DNA of 64,000 nucleotides, taken from contig CAXHJY010001732.1 of assembly GCA_964016885.1 (NCBI GenBank), positions 33,763 to 97,762 of the forward strand, in the 5' to 3' direction. A program made the translations under genes and the position numbers. Origin of the DNA: Eledone cirrhosa (Eukaryota). Below the pieces are notes generated by a model that made no database searches, had not been told where the DNA came from, and worked only from the letters and a program-made list of their open reading frames with translations. Below, piece after piece: positions 39,801-50,225 of this stretch (positions are counted from its first letter, which is position 1; each line of letters begins with the position of its first letter).

Positions 39801-40273
39801 CACTCACACACAAAAGAACCTAACTCACCACTATCATCACACCTCTTTTATATCTTGAAGAAGGACTTTTAGCCCCAAAATATCATGAAATAGGGGTAAA
39901 CTTTTGTTTTGTTTTGTTTTACTTCCCTTCAGTTTTCACTCTTTAATTTCTAACATGCAATGTTCTGGTTTTTCTGAAATAATTGTAGCTATATACCTTA
40001 CAGTGATGTATATGAAGGTTTGTATGTATCCAGTTTAGAATAGGTACACCATAATAAAATATCCTTTTTGTAGCTAGAAATGACTGAATGTCTCTCATAT
40101 TCTCTCTCATTGCAGCGTCTCCCTCCAACGAGCTGTGGGCAATCAGTAAAGAACTACAGCTCTACCGACATCACACCAAGTTTATTTATCGCAAACGTCA
40201 ATCAGCAATGCCTGCTGCACCAGCTGATATGTTGGACCAGTCCTCCATAGATGATGACTGGGAAATTGTTTAA
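4405..40273 (+). CDS. TECPR2: TECPR2-like gene (tectonin beta-propeller repeat-containing protein 2). 17 coding exons: join(4405-5226,18634-18759,21135-21269,22007-22170,24766-25214,26493-27230,28522-29878,30785-31015,32781-32996,33596-33740,34557-34758,35895-35984,37125-37355,37747-37940,38130-38220,39247-39396,40116-40273), about 1832 aa
   Basis: Hand-spliced; every intron is GT..AG and phases agree throughout. N-terminal WD40 motifs ([20 protein letters not shown]; GNYGACFIP; [11 protein letters not shown]; [10 protein letters not shown]) match TECPR2 as I recall it. A long S/T-rich linker, C-terminal tectonin repeats and a terminal acidic W-x-x-V motif follow. Confidence 0.93.
5268..6630 (+). 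mobile_element. Tandem cluster of about 6 tRNA-derived SINE copies. The family also occurs at 11545-11970, 16020-16185(-), 18230-18570 and 48440-48590(-)
   Basis: Recurrent tggcagaatcgttagagcg..ctgagttcaaatccc (A and B boxes) plus ctttgcctttcatcc..gtcgataaaataaagtaccag. Confidence 0.8.
6357..6483 (-). pseudogene. 5S rRNA-derived sequence (pseudogene or SINE3 head) with a short insertion, nested in a tRNA-SINE
   Basis: Minus strand gttctcgtccgatcaccgaagttaagc...ttagtacttagatgggtgaccgctggggaa..tgctgtaagc matches eukaryotic 5S boxes A and C. Confidence 0.85.
7232..7750. repeat. Minisatellite, 57-bp unit, about 9 copies
   Basis: gaaaaccactggtca.tgctggtcag.ccttcatattctgac recurs every 57 bp. Confidence 0.9.
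8589..9090. repeat. Minisatellite, 18-bp unit tacctacatgttgctgtg
   Basis: Direct tandem array. Confidence 0.95.
9116..9360. repeat. 105-bp tandem duplication (about 2.3 copies)
   Basis: ttgaaataacatt starts at 9116, 9221 and 9326. Confidence 0.85.
9722..10412. repeat. Minisatellite, 49-bp unit, about 14 copies, derived from a retro-repeat
   Basis: cactgtaaagtggtcgtgtaggagacacagtaaaaaagcacccagta array running into the element's 3' part. Confidence 0.92.
10863..11090. mobile_element. piggyBac-like MITE (TTAA-CCCTTTAGCATTTA...TAAATGCTAAAGGG-TTAA); further copies at 12119-12333, 13806-14034, 16961-17161 and 27969-28173
   Basis: Terminal inverted repeats beginning CCC, flanked by TTAA; multiple homologous ~210-230 bp copies. 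Confidence 0.8.
12520..12931 (+). mobile_element. CRE-clade non-LTR retrotransposon C-terminal fragment with a short internal duplication
   Basis: [31 protein letters not shown] resembles the C-terminus of CRE restriction-like endonuclease ORFs. Confidence 0.65.
13305..13613. mobile_element. hAT-type MITE
   Basis: TIRs caggggtgtgtaaca / tgttgcacgcccctg with an exact 8-bp TSD ttcaagac. Confidence 0.85.
14335..15710. repeat. (GGT/AGT)n microsatellite complex with a ~30-bp higher-order unit agtgatattgatagt(ggt)n
   Basis: Direct inspection. Confidence 0.92.
18634..18759 (+). CDS. TECPR2: TECPR2 coding exon 2
   Basis: Poly-T...tttcag acceptor; [26 protein letters not shown]; AAG|gtaaga; 126 nt, phase 0-0. 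Confidence 0.92.
18970..19265 (-). mobile_element. CRE-clade retrotransposon fragment
   Basis: [27 protein letters not shown], homologous to the 12.5 kb fragment. Confidence 0.6.
19656..19727 (-). pseudogene. tRNA-like (pseudo-tRNA) sequence in a TA-flanked island
   Basis: Minus strand gctccctagcttaaagggtaaagtg..agggttcaatacct has D-arm-like and T-arm-like boxes, but the acceptor stem is poor. Confidence 0.45.
20133..20765 (-). mobile_element. Hammerhead-bearing unit (~430 bp) with a partial direct tandem copy (20561-20765), pseudo-LTR-like
   Basis: 20133-20345 is repeated at 20561-20765; hammerhead at 20347-20389. Confidence 0.6.
20347..20389 (-). ncRNA. Minimal type-I hammerhead ribozyme motif
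   Basis: Minus strand reads acgttg CTGACGA t agct-aata-agct t GAAA ctag TA cagcgt: 6-bp stem I, palindromic stem III, GUA site. Confidence 0.82.
21135..21269 (+). CDS. TECPR2: TECPR2 coding exon 3 (WD40)
   Basis: ttccag acceptor (an in-frame alternative cag lies 9 nt downstream); [24 protein letters not shown]; AAG|gtaaga. Confidence 0.93.
22007..22170 (+). CDS. TECPR2: TECPR2 coding exon 4
   Basis: ttacag acceptor; [37 protein letters not shown]; AT|gtaagt, phase 2. Confidence 0.92.
22757..22945 (+). mobile_element. Fold-back island in (TA)n with arms 22757-22801 / 22823-22867 plus tail; related copy at 42721-42883
   Basis: Inverted arms containing GAAAcggccg; the tail attacccactctactacccc..gagtactctggtg is shared between the copies. 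Confidence 0.55.
23009..23210 (+). mobile_element. RTE-like LINE 3' end fragment
   Basis: [23 protein letters not shown] motif followed by a (GAT)n tail. Confidence 0.55.
23345..23417 (+). ncRNA. Type-I hammerhead ribozyme motif with 41-nt stem II
   Basis: ctctgt CTGACGA c..gatc cagacg-loop-cgtctg t gatc..a GAAA cc-ttt-gg TA atggag. Confidence 0.7.
23514..23579 (-). ncRNA. Hammerhead motif, inverted copy of 23708-23773
   Basis: Minus strand reads tattttat CTGATGA aagcgcacca..tggtggccctt GAAA tatgta TA ataaaata. Confidence 0.7.
23708..23773 (+). ncRNA. Type-I hammerhead ribozyme motif
   Basis: 8-bp stem I tattttat/ataaaata; CTGATGA at 23716; GAAA at 23754; self-complementary UAUGUA stem III (with GU pairs); AUA site. 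Confidence 0.72.
24354..24700. mobile_element. hAT-type MITE
   Basis: TIRs cagaggttctcaaa / tttgagaacatctg with an exact 8-bp TSD tgctaaag. Confidence 0.85.
24766..25214 (+). CDS. TECPR2: TECPR2 coding exon 5
   Basis: ctgcag acceptor; [30 protein letters not shown]; AAG|gtttgt, phase 1. Confidence 0.93.
25238..25850 (-). mobile_element. CR1-like LINE 3' end with a 61-bp internal unit amplified 6 times
   Basis: Minus strand [30 protein letters not shown] followed by a (TTA)n tail. Confidence 0.75.
26053..26397. mobile_element. mariner-like MITE with an internal ~130-bp duplication
   Basis: TIR-like ends gagggttggctgaaaatttcatag / ctatgaaatgttcagcccactttc; duplicated ctgaccaagatactctcatgg.. 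block. Confidence 0.55.
26493..27230 (+). CDS. TECPR2: TECPR2 coding exon 6 (predicted disordered linker)
   Basis: ccccag acceptor; open frame; ends [15 protein letters not shown]|gtatgt. Confidence 0.88.
28522..29878 (+). CDS. TECPR2: TECPR2 coding exon 7 (1357 nt; linker to start of C-terminal propeller)
   Basis: tttcag acceptor; long open frame; ends [27 protein letters not shown]|gtaaca. Confidence 0.9.
30008..30577. repeat. Minisatellite, 31-bp unit, about 18 copies
   Basis: tatgacctgttcttaatatagtttaagggga array. Confidence 0.95.
30785..31015 (+). CDS. TECPR2: TECPR2 coding exon 8
   Basis: First AG (gtccag) after a pyrimidine tract restores the frame; [21 protein letters not shown]; TG|gtgagt. 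Confidence 0.87.
31129..32100 (-). mobile_element. CR1-like LINE 3' end with the same 61-bp unit amplified about 10 times
   Basis: [38 protein letters not shown] followed by a (TTA)n tail. Confidence 0.78.
32781..32996 (+). CDS. TECPR2: TECPR2 coding exon 9 (tectonin repeat)
   Basis: tcacag acceptor; [27 protein letters not shown]; GG|gtaagc. Confidence 0.92.
33596..33740 (+). CDS. TECPR2: TECPR2 coding exon 10
   Basis: caacag acceptor; [37 protein letters not shown]; |gtaagt. Confidence 0.92.
34557..34758 (+). CDS. TECPR2: TECPR2 coding exon 11
   Basis: acctag acceptor; [12 protein letters not shown]..; AAG|gtaagg. Confidence 0.88.
34843..35000 (+). mobile_element. Second tRNA-derived SINE family; also at 19410-19547(-), 21640-21797(-) and 42408-42525
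   Basis: tggcttagtggttagagc..gagttcaattc head plus ccttgagcaagacactttatttcacattgctccag body. Confidence 0.7.
35000..35463 (+). mobile_element. Abundant short retro-repeat with (GAT)n tail, probably RTE-related; at least 10 copies in the window, e.g. 7960-8180, 9700-10575, 21355-21625(-), 24058-24285(-), 38910-39080
   Basis: Recurrent gttaggaagggcatccagc.gtagaaa ... acccatgctagc.tggaa..gacgttaaacgatgatgat. Confidence 0.65.
35517..35618 (-). ncRNA. Hammerhead motif with 73-nt stem II, partly decayed
   Basis: Minus strand reads aaact CTGATGA tgctgg...gggttaaa-loop-tttaaccc...cccggga GAAA tatttg TT agttt. Confidence 0.6.
35895..35984 (+). CDS. TECPR2: TECPR2 coding exon 12
   Basis: tatcag acceptor; [26 protein letters not shown]; ATG|gtaagt; 90 nt, phase 1-1. 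Confidence 0.87.
36028..37098. repeat. Minisatellite, 44-bp unit, about 24 copies, derived from the piggyBac-like MITE
   Basis: ccagccatatctggccagaattctctcacctctttct.ttcaaa array, preceded by the MITE end taaccctttag. Confidence 0.95.
37125..37355 (+). CDS. TECPR2: TECPR2 coding exon 13 (tectonin repeat)
   Basis: ccacag acceptor; [33 protein letters not shown]; TAG|gtaacg. Confidence 0.92.
37747..37940 (+). CDS. TECPR2: TECPR2 coding exon 14
   Basis: acttag acceptor; [26 protein letters not shown]; ATG|gtaagc. Confidence 0.92.
38130..38220 (+). CDS. TECPR2: TECPR2 coding exon 15
   Basis: tttcag acceptor; [26 protein letters not shown]; CTG|gtgagt. Confidence 0.92.
39247..39396 (+). CDS. 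TECPR2: TECPR2 coding exon 16
   Basis: ctttag acceptor; [39 protein letters not shown]; CAG|gtaaga. Confidence 0.93.
40116..40273 (+). CDS. TECPR2: TECPR2 last coding exon, with C-terminal LIR-type motif (DDDWEIV*)
   Basis: ttgcag acceptor; [11 protein letters not shown]..; stop TAA at 40271-40273. Confidence 0.93.
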
Positions 40274-40494
40274 TCACACACACTTAAAAAACACACACTC
40301 TCGTGCACACACTGGCTATCTCATACACATATACATACAGACAATGACTCTCTCACACACACACACAGGCGCTAACACATACACACTATTCACTCACTAC
40401 ACACCAATCCACCCTTCTAATGTATTTCTTTAATGATACAAATGTACATACATGTGTCTTTCTGTGTGCTTCTGTGTATATATTTATATATATG

Positions 40495-40525
<31 letters not shown>

Positions 40526-40672
40526 GTGTATAGTTGCAAGAAACTCTCCAGCTCTCCTGGGAGACTTGTGGCTATATATATTATATATATATATATATAT
40601 ATATCCATATATGTATGAATATATATATATATATATATCCATATGTATATATATATATATATATATATATCC

Positions 40673-40712
<40 letters not shown>

Positions 40713-40769
40713 ATATGTATATATATATATATATATAAACCTATATATATATATAAATCTATATATGTA

Positions 40770-40812
<43 letters not shown>

Positions 40813-41740
40813 CTATATATGTATGAATATATATATATATATATATATAAGTATTACAAGTAAATGTGTGTGTGGGGGGGTTACAAATTATTCAGAAATC
40901 ACAGAATCTGATTTTGTCTTGCAAACAACATTTCTTCATATACAACAGATTCTGGTTGCTTCTACTTATGTCTCGCTGCTTTTGACCTCTATACCCTCCC
41001 TGATAATGAGGGTGACCCTGAGTACTCAGACATAGCATTGGGATCAACAAAAAGAAGCTATTTAAAAAATAAATAAATATATATATATACATGGAGGCAC
41101 ATGGCAAAGTGGTCGTGGAGGCGCCACGGCAAAAAAGCACCCAGCACTCACTGTAAATGAGGTTGGTGTTAGGAAGGGCATCCAGCTGTAGAAATCAAGC
41201 CAAAATCAGTTCCCGTCCCACCCTTGCAAGCAAGGAAAAAGCGGACGTAAAATGAAATGATGAAATGATGATATATATATATGTGTACACCGCAAATACT
41301 AAAATTAAAATATTCATATATGTATACACCGCAAATACTAAAATAAAAATATTCATATATATATACACCGCAAATACTAAAAAAAAAAAAAATTCATATA
41401 TATATATATATGATGATGATATATATATATATACACTGCAGATACTAAAAAAAAATGATATATATATATACTGCATATACGAAAAAAAATGTATACATAT
41501 ATACACACACTGCATATACTAAAAAAAAATTATATATATACACACCATATATACTCAAGTATAAGTCGAGGGATATGTTAACAAAATCGATTTTAAAAAG
41601 ATGATGGGGGCTGGCTTATATGTACTATCTAAACAATGTGTTGATTAGCTGCCCCAGCTTATGAATAGGGTTTGGATATTTGACTATTTCTCAGACATAA
41701 TATAAGGCGGGGATGTTTGCTTATATTTGAGTATGTACTA

Positions 41741-41787
<47 letters not shown>

Positions 41788-41901
41788 ATCCAGCAAGTAA
41801 GACATTTGCAAAGGAGGCTTATGTCAGATATATAATCCTTGTGTGTATACAATCTTATCTTCTTTTTACACTTATCTAACTTTATAAAGCTCCTCACAGC
41901 C

Positions 41902-41940
<39 letters not shown>

Positions 41941-42000
41941 TATATACATAACATACATACATGCATGTATTTCCATGTACAAAATGAGAGCAAAACAGTT

Positions 42001-42050
<50 letters not shown>

Positions 42051-42169
42051 CTATATATGTGTGTGTGTACATACATATATATATATATGCATACATATAT
42101 ATGTGTGTGTGTACATATATGTACACATACATATATATAGATATATACATACACACACACACATATTTA

Positions 42170-42204
<35 letters not shown>

Positions 42205-42600
42205 ATATATATATATATATGTATATACAGTGGTGAGTTGTTGGACTGTTGGATTGAATGCCTCGGTATTTGTTGCAATTCTCTGCCATCTGAGCTCCAA
42301 TACTGTCGCCTGTCTTGAGAGAAACATGGTCAATTCTACCAACCAGCCGGTACTATCAGCAATAGAAAGACTAATGGAGAAATAACTTCTTTGTTACATT
42401 CAGACACTCAGTGGTTAGAGCGTTGGGCTTGCAATCATGAGGTTGTCAGTTCGATTATCTAAGCAGGTGATGAATTGTGTCCTTGAGCAAGATTCTTTAT
42501 TTCATGATATTCCAGTTCACTCAGTTGTATATATACACATTCGTATGCACATATATATATGTGTGTGTGTGTGTATATATATATAATGTGCACACACACC

Positions 42601-42633
<33 letters not shown>

Positions 42634-42651
42634 ATATATATATATAATGTG

Positions 42652-42720
<69 letters not shown>

Positions 42721-43113
42721 ATATGAAAAACTCTGGGCAGCAGTGGCTGAGCTCTGGCCGTTTCAATGGCTAGGTATGGGAGCTCCACTGTTGGGGGTCC
42801 CGAATTTCTCATATTACCCACTCTACTACCCCAAGTATTGAGTACTCTGGTGAGTAATGGTCTTTTACTGCCTCCATTCTGATATGTGTGTGTATATATA
42901 TATATATATATAGCGAATGTAGAAAAGTAACACACGAGTTGATGTATATAAAAATAAATAGTAGAAAGGGAAAAAAATTTTTCAGTAGAAAATATTGAAG
43001 AGATTTTTTCAGTGAAATATCTGAAAAAATCTCAACATTTTCTACTGAAAAAATCTTTTCCCTTTCTACTATTTGTTTTTATATACATCAACTCGTGTGT
43101 TACTTTTCTACAT

Positions 43114-43149
<36 letters not shown>

Positions 43150-44464
43150 AGTACAAAATGAGAGAGAAACAGTACATGTAACAGTATTTATTTATACCCA
43201 AGTTAAATTCCCATTTTTTCTCCCCTTAAAAATTGCTGAGACATTTCATTGCAGTCTTAAATGATGATAAAAATGATAATAATAATCGTTGCTAAAATAT
43301 TTAGAACGACTCGTTTTGCTGAGAAGGTTTAGTTGATTATATTTCCCCTAGTACTTTATTTTGTCGGCCCAAGAATTATGAAAGGTAAAGTTGATCTCAG
43401 CAGCTGGATTTGAACTCTGAATGTAAAATATAAAGTCTGTCTTAAGCCAGAAGGCTTGTTAGGCCCCGTGCTTATCCCGGTTTCATCCCGTGCTTATCCC
43501 GGTTTCATGGCATGAATCAACTGAGAGTTCATGACTACCCGCTAGATAGGATGCCAGTCCATCGTAGGGTCTATCCACCACCTATTGCTGGTATTCATTT
43601 TCAGCTAAGTATACTGGAGTAACGTGAAATAAAGTGTTTTGCTCAAGAACCCAACACACAACCCAACACGAACCCATGACATTATGGTTGTAAGTTCAAC
43701 ACCATTACCACTAGGCCACAGGTCTACACTAAATCTAAAGAGCCAGAAGAAATGCTACAAGTCATTTTGCCCCATGCTCTAACAATCGTATATTAATTAT
43801 AATAAGGGTTTCATCTATCACCTCTCCACGGTGTGAATGTGTGTGTATACATACATACATATTGTACTACTTGCTATTAACTAAAATGTGTGCACTCTGA
43901 ACTATAGGTTCCAGTAGCATTACTGCACTCTAGCAGATTTATTGAGTGGGTGAGCCATTGGCCAGAGATTGTTGAGTTAATATCAACGATTTCTGTAAAC
44001 ATTGTACATACATATACATATATATATATATATAATGGTTTCAACTACACAGATACACATATACATACATGCACACACACACATGTATTTAATGTATATA
44101 TAAAAATGTTTCAAATGATGGGGAGAGAAGGGATATTTGATGTCAAACCAGTGAAGAAACACTTTAATCCCCCAAATTAAAGATCTAATCTGTTACATTT
44201 AACCTATAACCAGCCCCTTCTCCCCTTCCTACACCATGTCTTTCTATCATGTTCCTATTCATGTCATGCCTAAAGCCTCTTACAGAAACAAGCTACATAG
44301 AGAAAGCCACCATATTTTGTCAATGATGTGGTTCAATCATAGAGCTATTATTATTATCATTATTATTATTATTGTGTCTTTGAGTTATAATTCTGGTGAC
44401 ATATTCATGTAAACTCCTTAAATAGTTGTCAGTTATTTCAAAATACATTTCTAGATATCCATAT

Positions 44465-45332
44465 CCCTGTATCTAAAAATAACTGACAGGTTTCTACCTC
44501 TAGAAATAACTGACAGATTTCTAACTCTAAAAATAACTGACAGGCTTCTACCTCTAGAAATAACTGACAGATTTCTAACTCTAGAAATAGCTGACAGATT
44601 CCTACCTCTAGAACTATACCTAGGAATAACTGCTAGATTTCTATATTTAGAATAACTGACAAATGCCGACACTAGAACTATATCTGGAATAACTGACAGA
44701 TGCCAACAGCTAGAAATAGCTGACAGATTCTAACATCTAGAATTATAACTAAAAATAACTGACAGATGTCAACATCTAGAACTATATCTAGAAATAACCA
44801 ACAGATGCTAACATCTAGAAATAACTGACAGATGCCAACATCTAGAACTATATTGAGAAATAACTGACAGATGCCAACATCTAGAACTATGTCTAAGAAT
44901 AACTGACAGATGCCAACATATAGAACTATATCGAGAAATAACTGACAGATGCCAACATCTAGAACTATATCTAGAAATAACTGACAGATGCCAACATCTA
45001 GAACTATATCTAGAAATAACTGACAAATGCCAACATCTAGAAATAACTGACAGAATCCAACGTCTAAGAATAACTGACAGATTCCAACATCTAGAACTAT
45101 ATCTAGTAATAACTGACAGATGCCAACATCTAGAACTATATCTAGTAATAACTGACAGATGCCAACATCTAGAAATAACTGACAGAATCCAACATCTAGA
45201 ACTATGTCTGGAATAACTGACAGATTCCAACATCTAGAACTATATCTAGTAATAACTGACAGATGCCAACATCTAGAACTATATCTAGTAATAACTGACA
45301 GATGCCAACATCTAGAACTATATCTAGTAATA
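44465..45332. repeat. Minisatellite with mixed 27-bp and 39-bp units
   Basis: aataactgacagatgccaacatctaga, with or without actatatctaga. Confidence 0.9.
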
Positions 45333-45945
45333 ACATACACCTTGTCATTTCAATGAGAAGACAGACTATAAAATATTACTTAAACCATTCCAGACTATTG
45401 CTGATATCTCTGGCTAATTCCAACCCCCAATACATTCAATTCTCTTATGCTATCAATGTTATTTCAGAAGGACCCCCTAATTTTATATTTTCCATTCAAA
45501 TAATTTTATTTTCTAAATATTGTTTTACAGGTTTTAATCGTTTATTTTTGCGAATTCTTGTGCAGGATTTTTCGTCCTTTTGTTATATATTAATCGTTCA
45601 TTTGGAAACAGCTCTGCCTGGATAAATTCCAGGCTGTTGCTACAATGATGGTGATTATGATGATGATAAGGAGGGGGAAGAGAATGATTCTGAACTAAAA
45701 AGGAAATTTCCAAAGTACCTTCCACTTCATACCATGTATGTTTTTTTTTTTTAAAAAGAATTATTTTATAATTTCTTATAACAAATTATATTGTGTATGT
45801 GTATTAAAATTATTTTCAATCTGTGATACTATAACCACCACAAAAACTACAAAAGATAGGAAATCTGTTAAGTAGTCTATACAGTGCCCCAGCAGGGCTT
45901 CAGCCAGATGGCTGGAACAGGTAAAACAGTATATTATTTATTGCT

Positions 45946-46288
45946 TACTCTTGGGTCTCAAATAATTGTCCCCCTGCTTATTAAATTTTTAGATTTTTTT
46001 CCAACCCCTTCGCTTATTAAACTTTGCTAATCTGTATCCGATGAAATTTTATTTAAGTGATAACATTCCTGTGACAATTACTTTTCTTTAGACATTAAAA
46101 AACATTATACATGACAAAAAAGAACATTACAAGAAATCTCATGTTATAAAATAAATAGGATTGATTGAGGTCTCAATATGTAAATTAAACCACAAATTTG
46201 TTTTTGTTTTTTTTAAAAAACCTTGGGAGACAACCTAGAAAAATTACCGATTTTCCCAAACCCATCCCTTATTATTTGGGACCCGAGA
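45946..46288. mobile_element. Unclassified MITE
   Basis: Inverted ends ctcttgggtctcaaataa / ttatttgggacccgag. Confidence 0.45.
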
Positions 46289-46471
46289 AACTACATGCCA
46301 CTTCTAATATATATATTATATATATATATAATACTCTGGTGAACCTACAGTAACTGGATGTTACAATCCCTAAATATATATATATATTATATATATGTAT
46401 ATATATATATATATATTTATGTATGTATATATATATATTTATGTATGTATATATATATATATATATATATT

Positions 46472-46526
<55 letters not shown>

Positions 46527-46531
46527 GTATG

Positions 46532-46566
<35 letters not shown>

Positions 46567-46567
46567 G

Positions 46568-46632
<65 letters not shown>

Positions 46633-46834
46633 ATGTATATGTGCTGGTGGCTTCCTACGCCTCAGCAAAACTCCAATACCAGTCAACCAAGATACATATA
46701 ATAAAGACTCTACTACATATATGGGATCACCCCATCAGTAAATGTTTGTTGTTATTTATATATACATACCATAGAAATCTACAACCTAACATACATATAT
46801 ATTGTATATATATATATGTGTTATATATATATAT

Positions 46835-47170
46835 ATACAATATATTAATAAATGGAAACTATATTTATAAAACCATATTTATTCTATTATACATATTTCA
46901 AGGGCAACCAAGGCAAATTATGGTGCGCTTTCATCAGATAAAATACAGATTTGTTTTATAAATAAATATTGACATACCCGGAAAAAAAGACAACCTTAAC
47001 GGTTGGAGCCCTTGAAATATGTATAATAGAATAAATATGGTTTTATAAATATAGTTTCCATTTATTAATATATTGTGTATTTACTCCACTAACTTGTTGA
47101 GTGCTTTATATCAGTTATAAAAATGTTTAAGCTTGTTGAATCCCAACAAATTAAATATAACCTCTGCATA
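46835..47170 (+). mobile_element. Penelope-like element remnant, second copy of the 23467-23910 family
   Basis: Same outer ends, different inversion junction, flanked by (TA)n. Confidence 0.7.
46880..46945 (-). ncRNA. Hammerhead motif, same family as 23708-23773
   Basis: Same core as the 23.7 kb motif. The stem I variant atagaata keeps pairing through a U-G wobble. Confidence 0.7.
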
Positions 47171-49041
47171 TATATATATATATATATATATGAGTGTACA
47201 TGTATATATATATATGTGTGTGTGTGTGATTAGTATTTGTCTATATATATATACACAAATACTAATCAGCCTCCTCCAACTTAAACAAATGTGGTCTCCA
47301 TATTATTACCTGCATCTGTTATGTCTTCAACTGAAATATAATATTCCATAACCATGTATTTAATTTAAACCAAATTTTACAGACTGTACAGAAGCTTTTC
47401 TTTTTATTATATCAACTCCAGCGTTCATTTAAAGCTGTGAGCAATTCTGATTCATTGAAAATATTTTAACCAATGATTTGAAAAGCACAACAAACCAAAA
47501 CCAGAAACAAAAACTCTGTGGTGTCTGTAAGAAACATAAGTTTTTGTTGTTAATTAGTCAGCCAAAATGTATTAGTATTTCAAGATATTTCAGACCCACT
47601 GGAGTTCAGATTTCTGACTGGTGGGATGTACAAAAATTATTTGATTGACCATCATGCAGACCTGTCGACTCTCCCTGTCCGATGGTGAGATTTGCAATAG
47701 ACTTTGGGGTGGTTGAGAGATGTCTTCTCTTGCGAAAATGGGTATAGCTTTCATTTTGTAATATCTCCCCATTTTTGGCTCATTTCTTCCCTGTTTTGGG
47801 GCACTTTTTTTCATGGTACACTCTGTTTGGGTTTTTAAAGGTTGGCAGGTCTGCATCATCATTTTAGTTACCAAATTTCAACAGTTCATCTTTTTTCAAT
47901 ATTCAATGCACTGCCTGTTTTTGTGAAAAACTTTTTTTTTTAAGTGTGTGGTTTATAACCTGAAGCTATTTTATTAATTTTTAACTGATCAATTTATATA
48001 TTTTAATGTTGCATTATAATGGAGGAAATATCAATAGTTTGTGCTGTGAGACAAAGTTGTAAAGCTAAAGAAATGTTTCCTACAAAACAAATACCAACCT
48101 TTGACAGCCATTTTGCTTTTACTAAAGAATCCTATGAAATTATTTATCAAGTTTTCTGGAAAACTAAAATGTATTCTTGTTTGCTATTAAGTCGCATGTA
48201 TGACAAACTGTTTATAGTTTATAAACCATGAAATGTTTAAGAATCAACTAACTACAAGTACATATCCATCATCATCATCATCATCATCATTGTCATCACC
48301 ATCATCACCATTTCTTCAATTAATGTCTGTTTAATCAAAGCTTGCAGGACTTAAGTCTGCCCGGTCATATTTCTTTAGTAAAGTTGTTCAGTAGAATTTG
48401 TGTGATTGGCCCAAATGGTTTGAGAGTTAGCTGTCCTTCATAATTGTTTCTACTTTTGGCACAAGGCCCAGCAATTATCCAGTGCATTACTGGTACTTTA
48501 TTTTAGCGGGATTTGAACTCAGAATGGCAAGGGCCGTAACTCTATGCATCCAAGCATGACGTCCGACCCTCCACTGATACTGCCAAACCACCGCCTGTCC
48601 TTCATAATGCCAATCACAGAATAGCAGAATAGAATAATACACAACAGACGTCTAACACAGAGGTTCTCAGAGACCCCAGTCATGTTCCTTTCCTTGTCGT
48701 CCCAGCTTTCCTCACTTCCTCCTCCATTTTGAATTAGCATCTAAGAATTTTTTCACCATAATAAATTTATAGTGTTTATTATCAAAAGAATTTATTAAAG
48801 CAAATTACTATATTAAGATATTTGTGAACTGTTAATTCCTAATAACCATTGTAGTTTGGTATATTGGTATTTCATTTTATATCTACCCAATGTAAACTAT
48901 TCTTTGCCAGTTTCTATTTCTTGACTAATGTTCTTCCTCGGTTCCTCTCTTGACTAACTTCCTTCACTGGGAGCCAAGAATTTCTCTAATATATATAGAA
49001 GTAGTTCCACAACAGTTAGTCCACCATACCGAGAACAAATG

Positions 49042-49079
<38 letters not shown>

Positions 49080-49845
49080 CAGAACCAACAAAACAAACAA
49101 CACAGTACAATGAAGAAATATATTAGTTTAACGCTTCATATAGTAGGAAAAGAATCTTTACGTTTCAAACACTAGTCCTTCATCACAAAATAGAATAAGA
49201 AATAAAAGATGCAATAAAGAGTAGGAAGAGGAAAGAACAGAAAAAGCATGTGTGGGGTTTTGGATTAAAATATATAGTTAATAGCACCTGGCAGTAGATG
49301 AAAATTTGAAATATTTGTATATAAACTAGCTTCTAGAATAGTTTTGCAACTAAAAATAGTTTAACCTTATCAATTACTGTTACTAATAACATATAACATT
49401 GTTTCTTCTGCTCGTCTCAATTGAAAACTACAGCTCCTCTCTTGGATGCATGCAATAACCTAAAGAATAGAGTGGAAGATTGTTGTATGGTATTAATATA
49501 ACACTCTTTGGCTTCTTGTGCTAGTTTATAGCTCCACTGGCAGAGTAGAAGACTAAACTGTAGTAATATTCTTATAACTATAGATCTTCAGTCGCCGCAG
49601 TTTGACCACAAAAGTATATAAAAATAATAGTCAGGAATATACCTGGAGCAAATATGTGTGTCAAACCTTGAATGTTCAAGAATTTTCTAGCAAACATTTA
49701 GCAAGGTAGATAGATCTGCAGAAATGATGAATACTTTTATTATATATATATATTCTTTTAAATACTAAAAGTTTAATGCTTATATTAAGATATTTAACCA
49801 TTAATTTATCATATATATATATATATAAAAGAATACTTATATATA

Positions 49846-49887
<42 letters not shown>

Positions 49888-50194
49888 GTGTGTGTATGTA
49901 TTGAAACATGTCTGTTTCTTTCACCAAGTTGATTTACAGACAGCCCACTCAATCCCACAGCATTTTCTAAACTTGTTCCAAAAAGCTTGGATCAGCTCAG
50001 GCTATAGGAGTTATACCCCTTGATTTCTTCTTGCGATCTGAACATCCCTAAAGGGAAAACCGGACTAGAAATAGCAAGAATACAGTCAGTTGATTGAAGT
50101 TTCTGCCCACCTAACCCACTCAACATATTCAGAATGCAAGACTATTTGTATATATACACTTCAGGCAATTTGCCTCAACCCTTCGTCAACACAC

Positions 50195-50225
<31 letters not shown>

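Noticed and set aside
4405-40273. Assignment of the gene to HPS5 or TECPR1
   Set aside because: The combination of N-terminal WD40, C-terminal tectonin repeats and a terminal LIR fits TECPR2. I saw no dysferlin or PH domains of the TECPR1 type.
47590-47874. 94-aa minus-strand ORF as a second gene
   Set aside because: No recognisable domain or convincing exon structure; probably UTR or intergenic sequence.
49555-49605. CTGAAGA on the minus strand as a hammerhead
   Set aside because: The GAAA box and stem III are missing and the pairing is weak.
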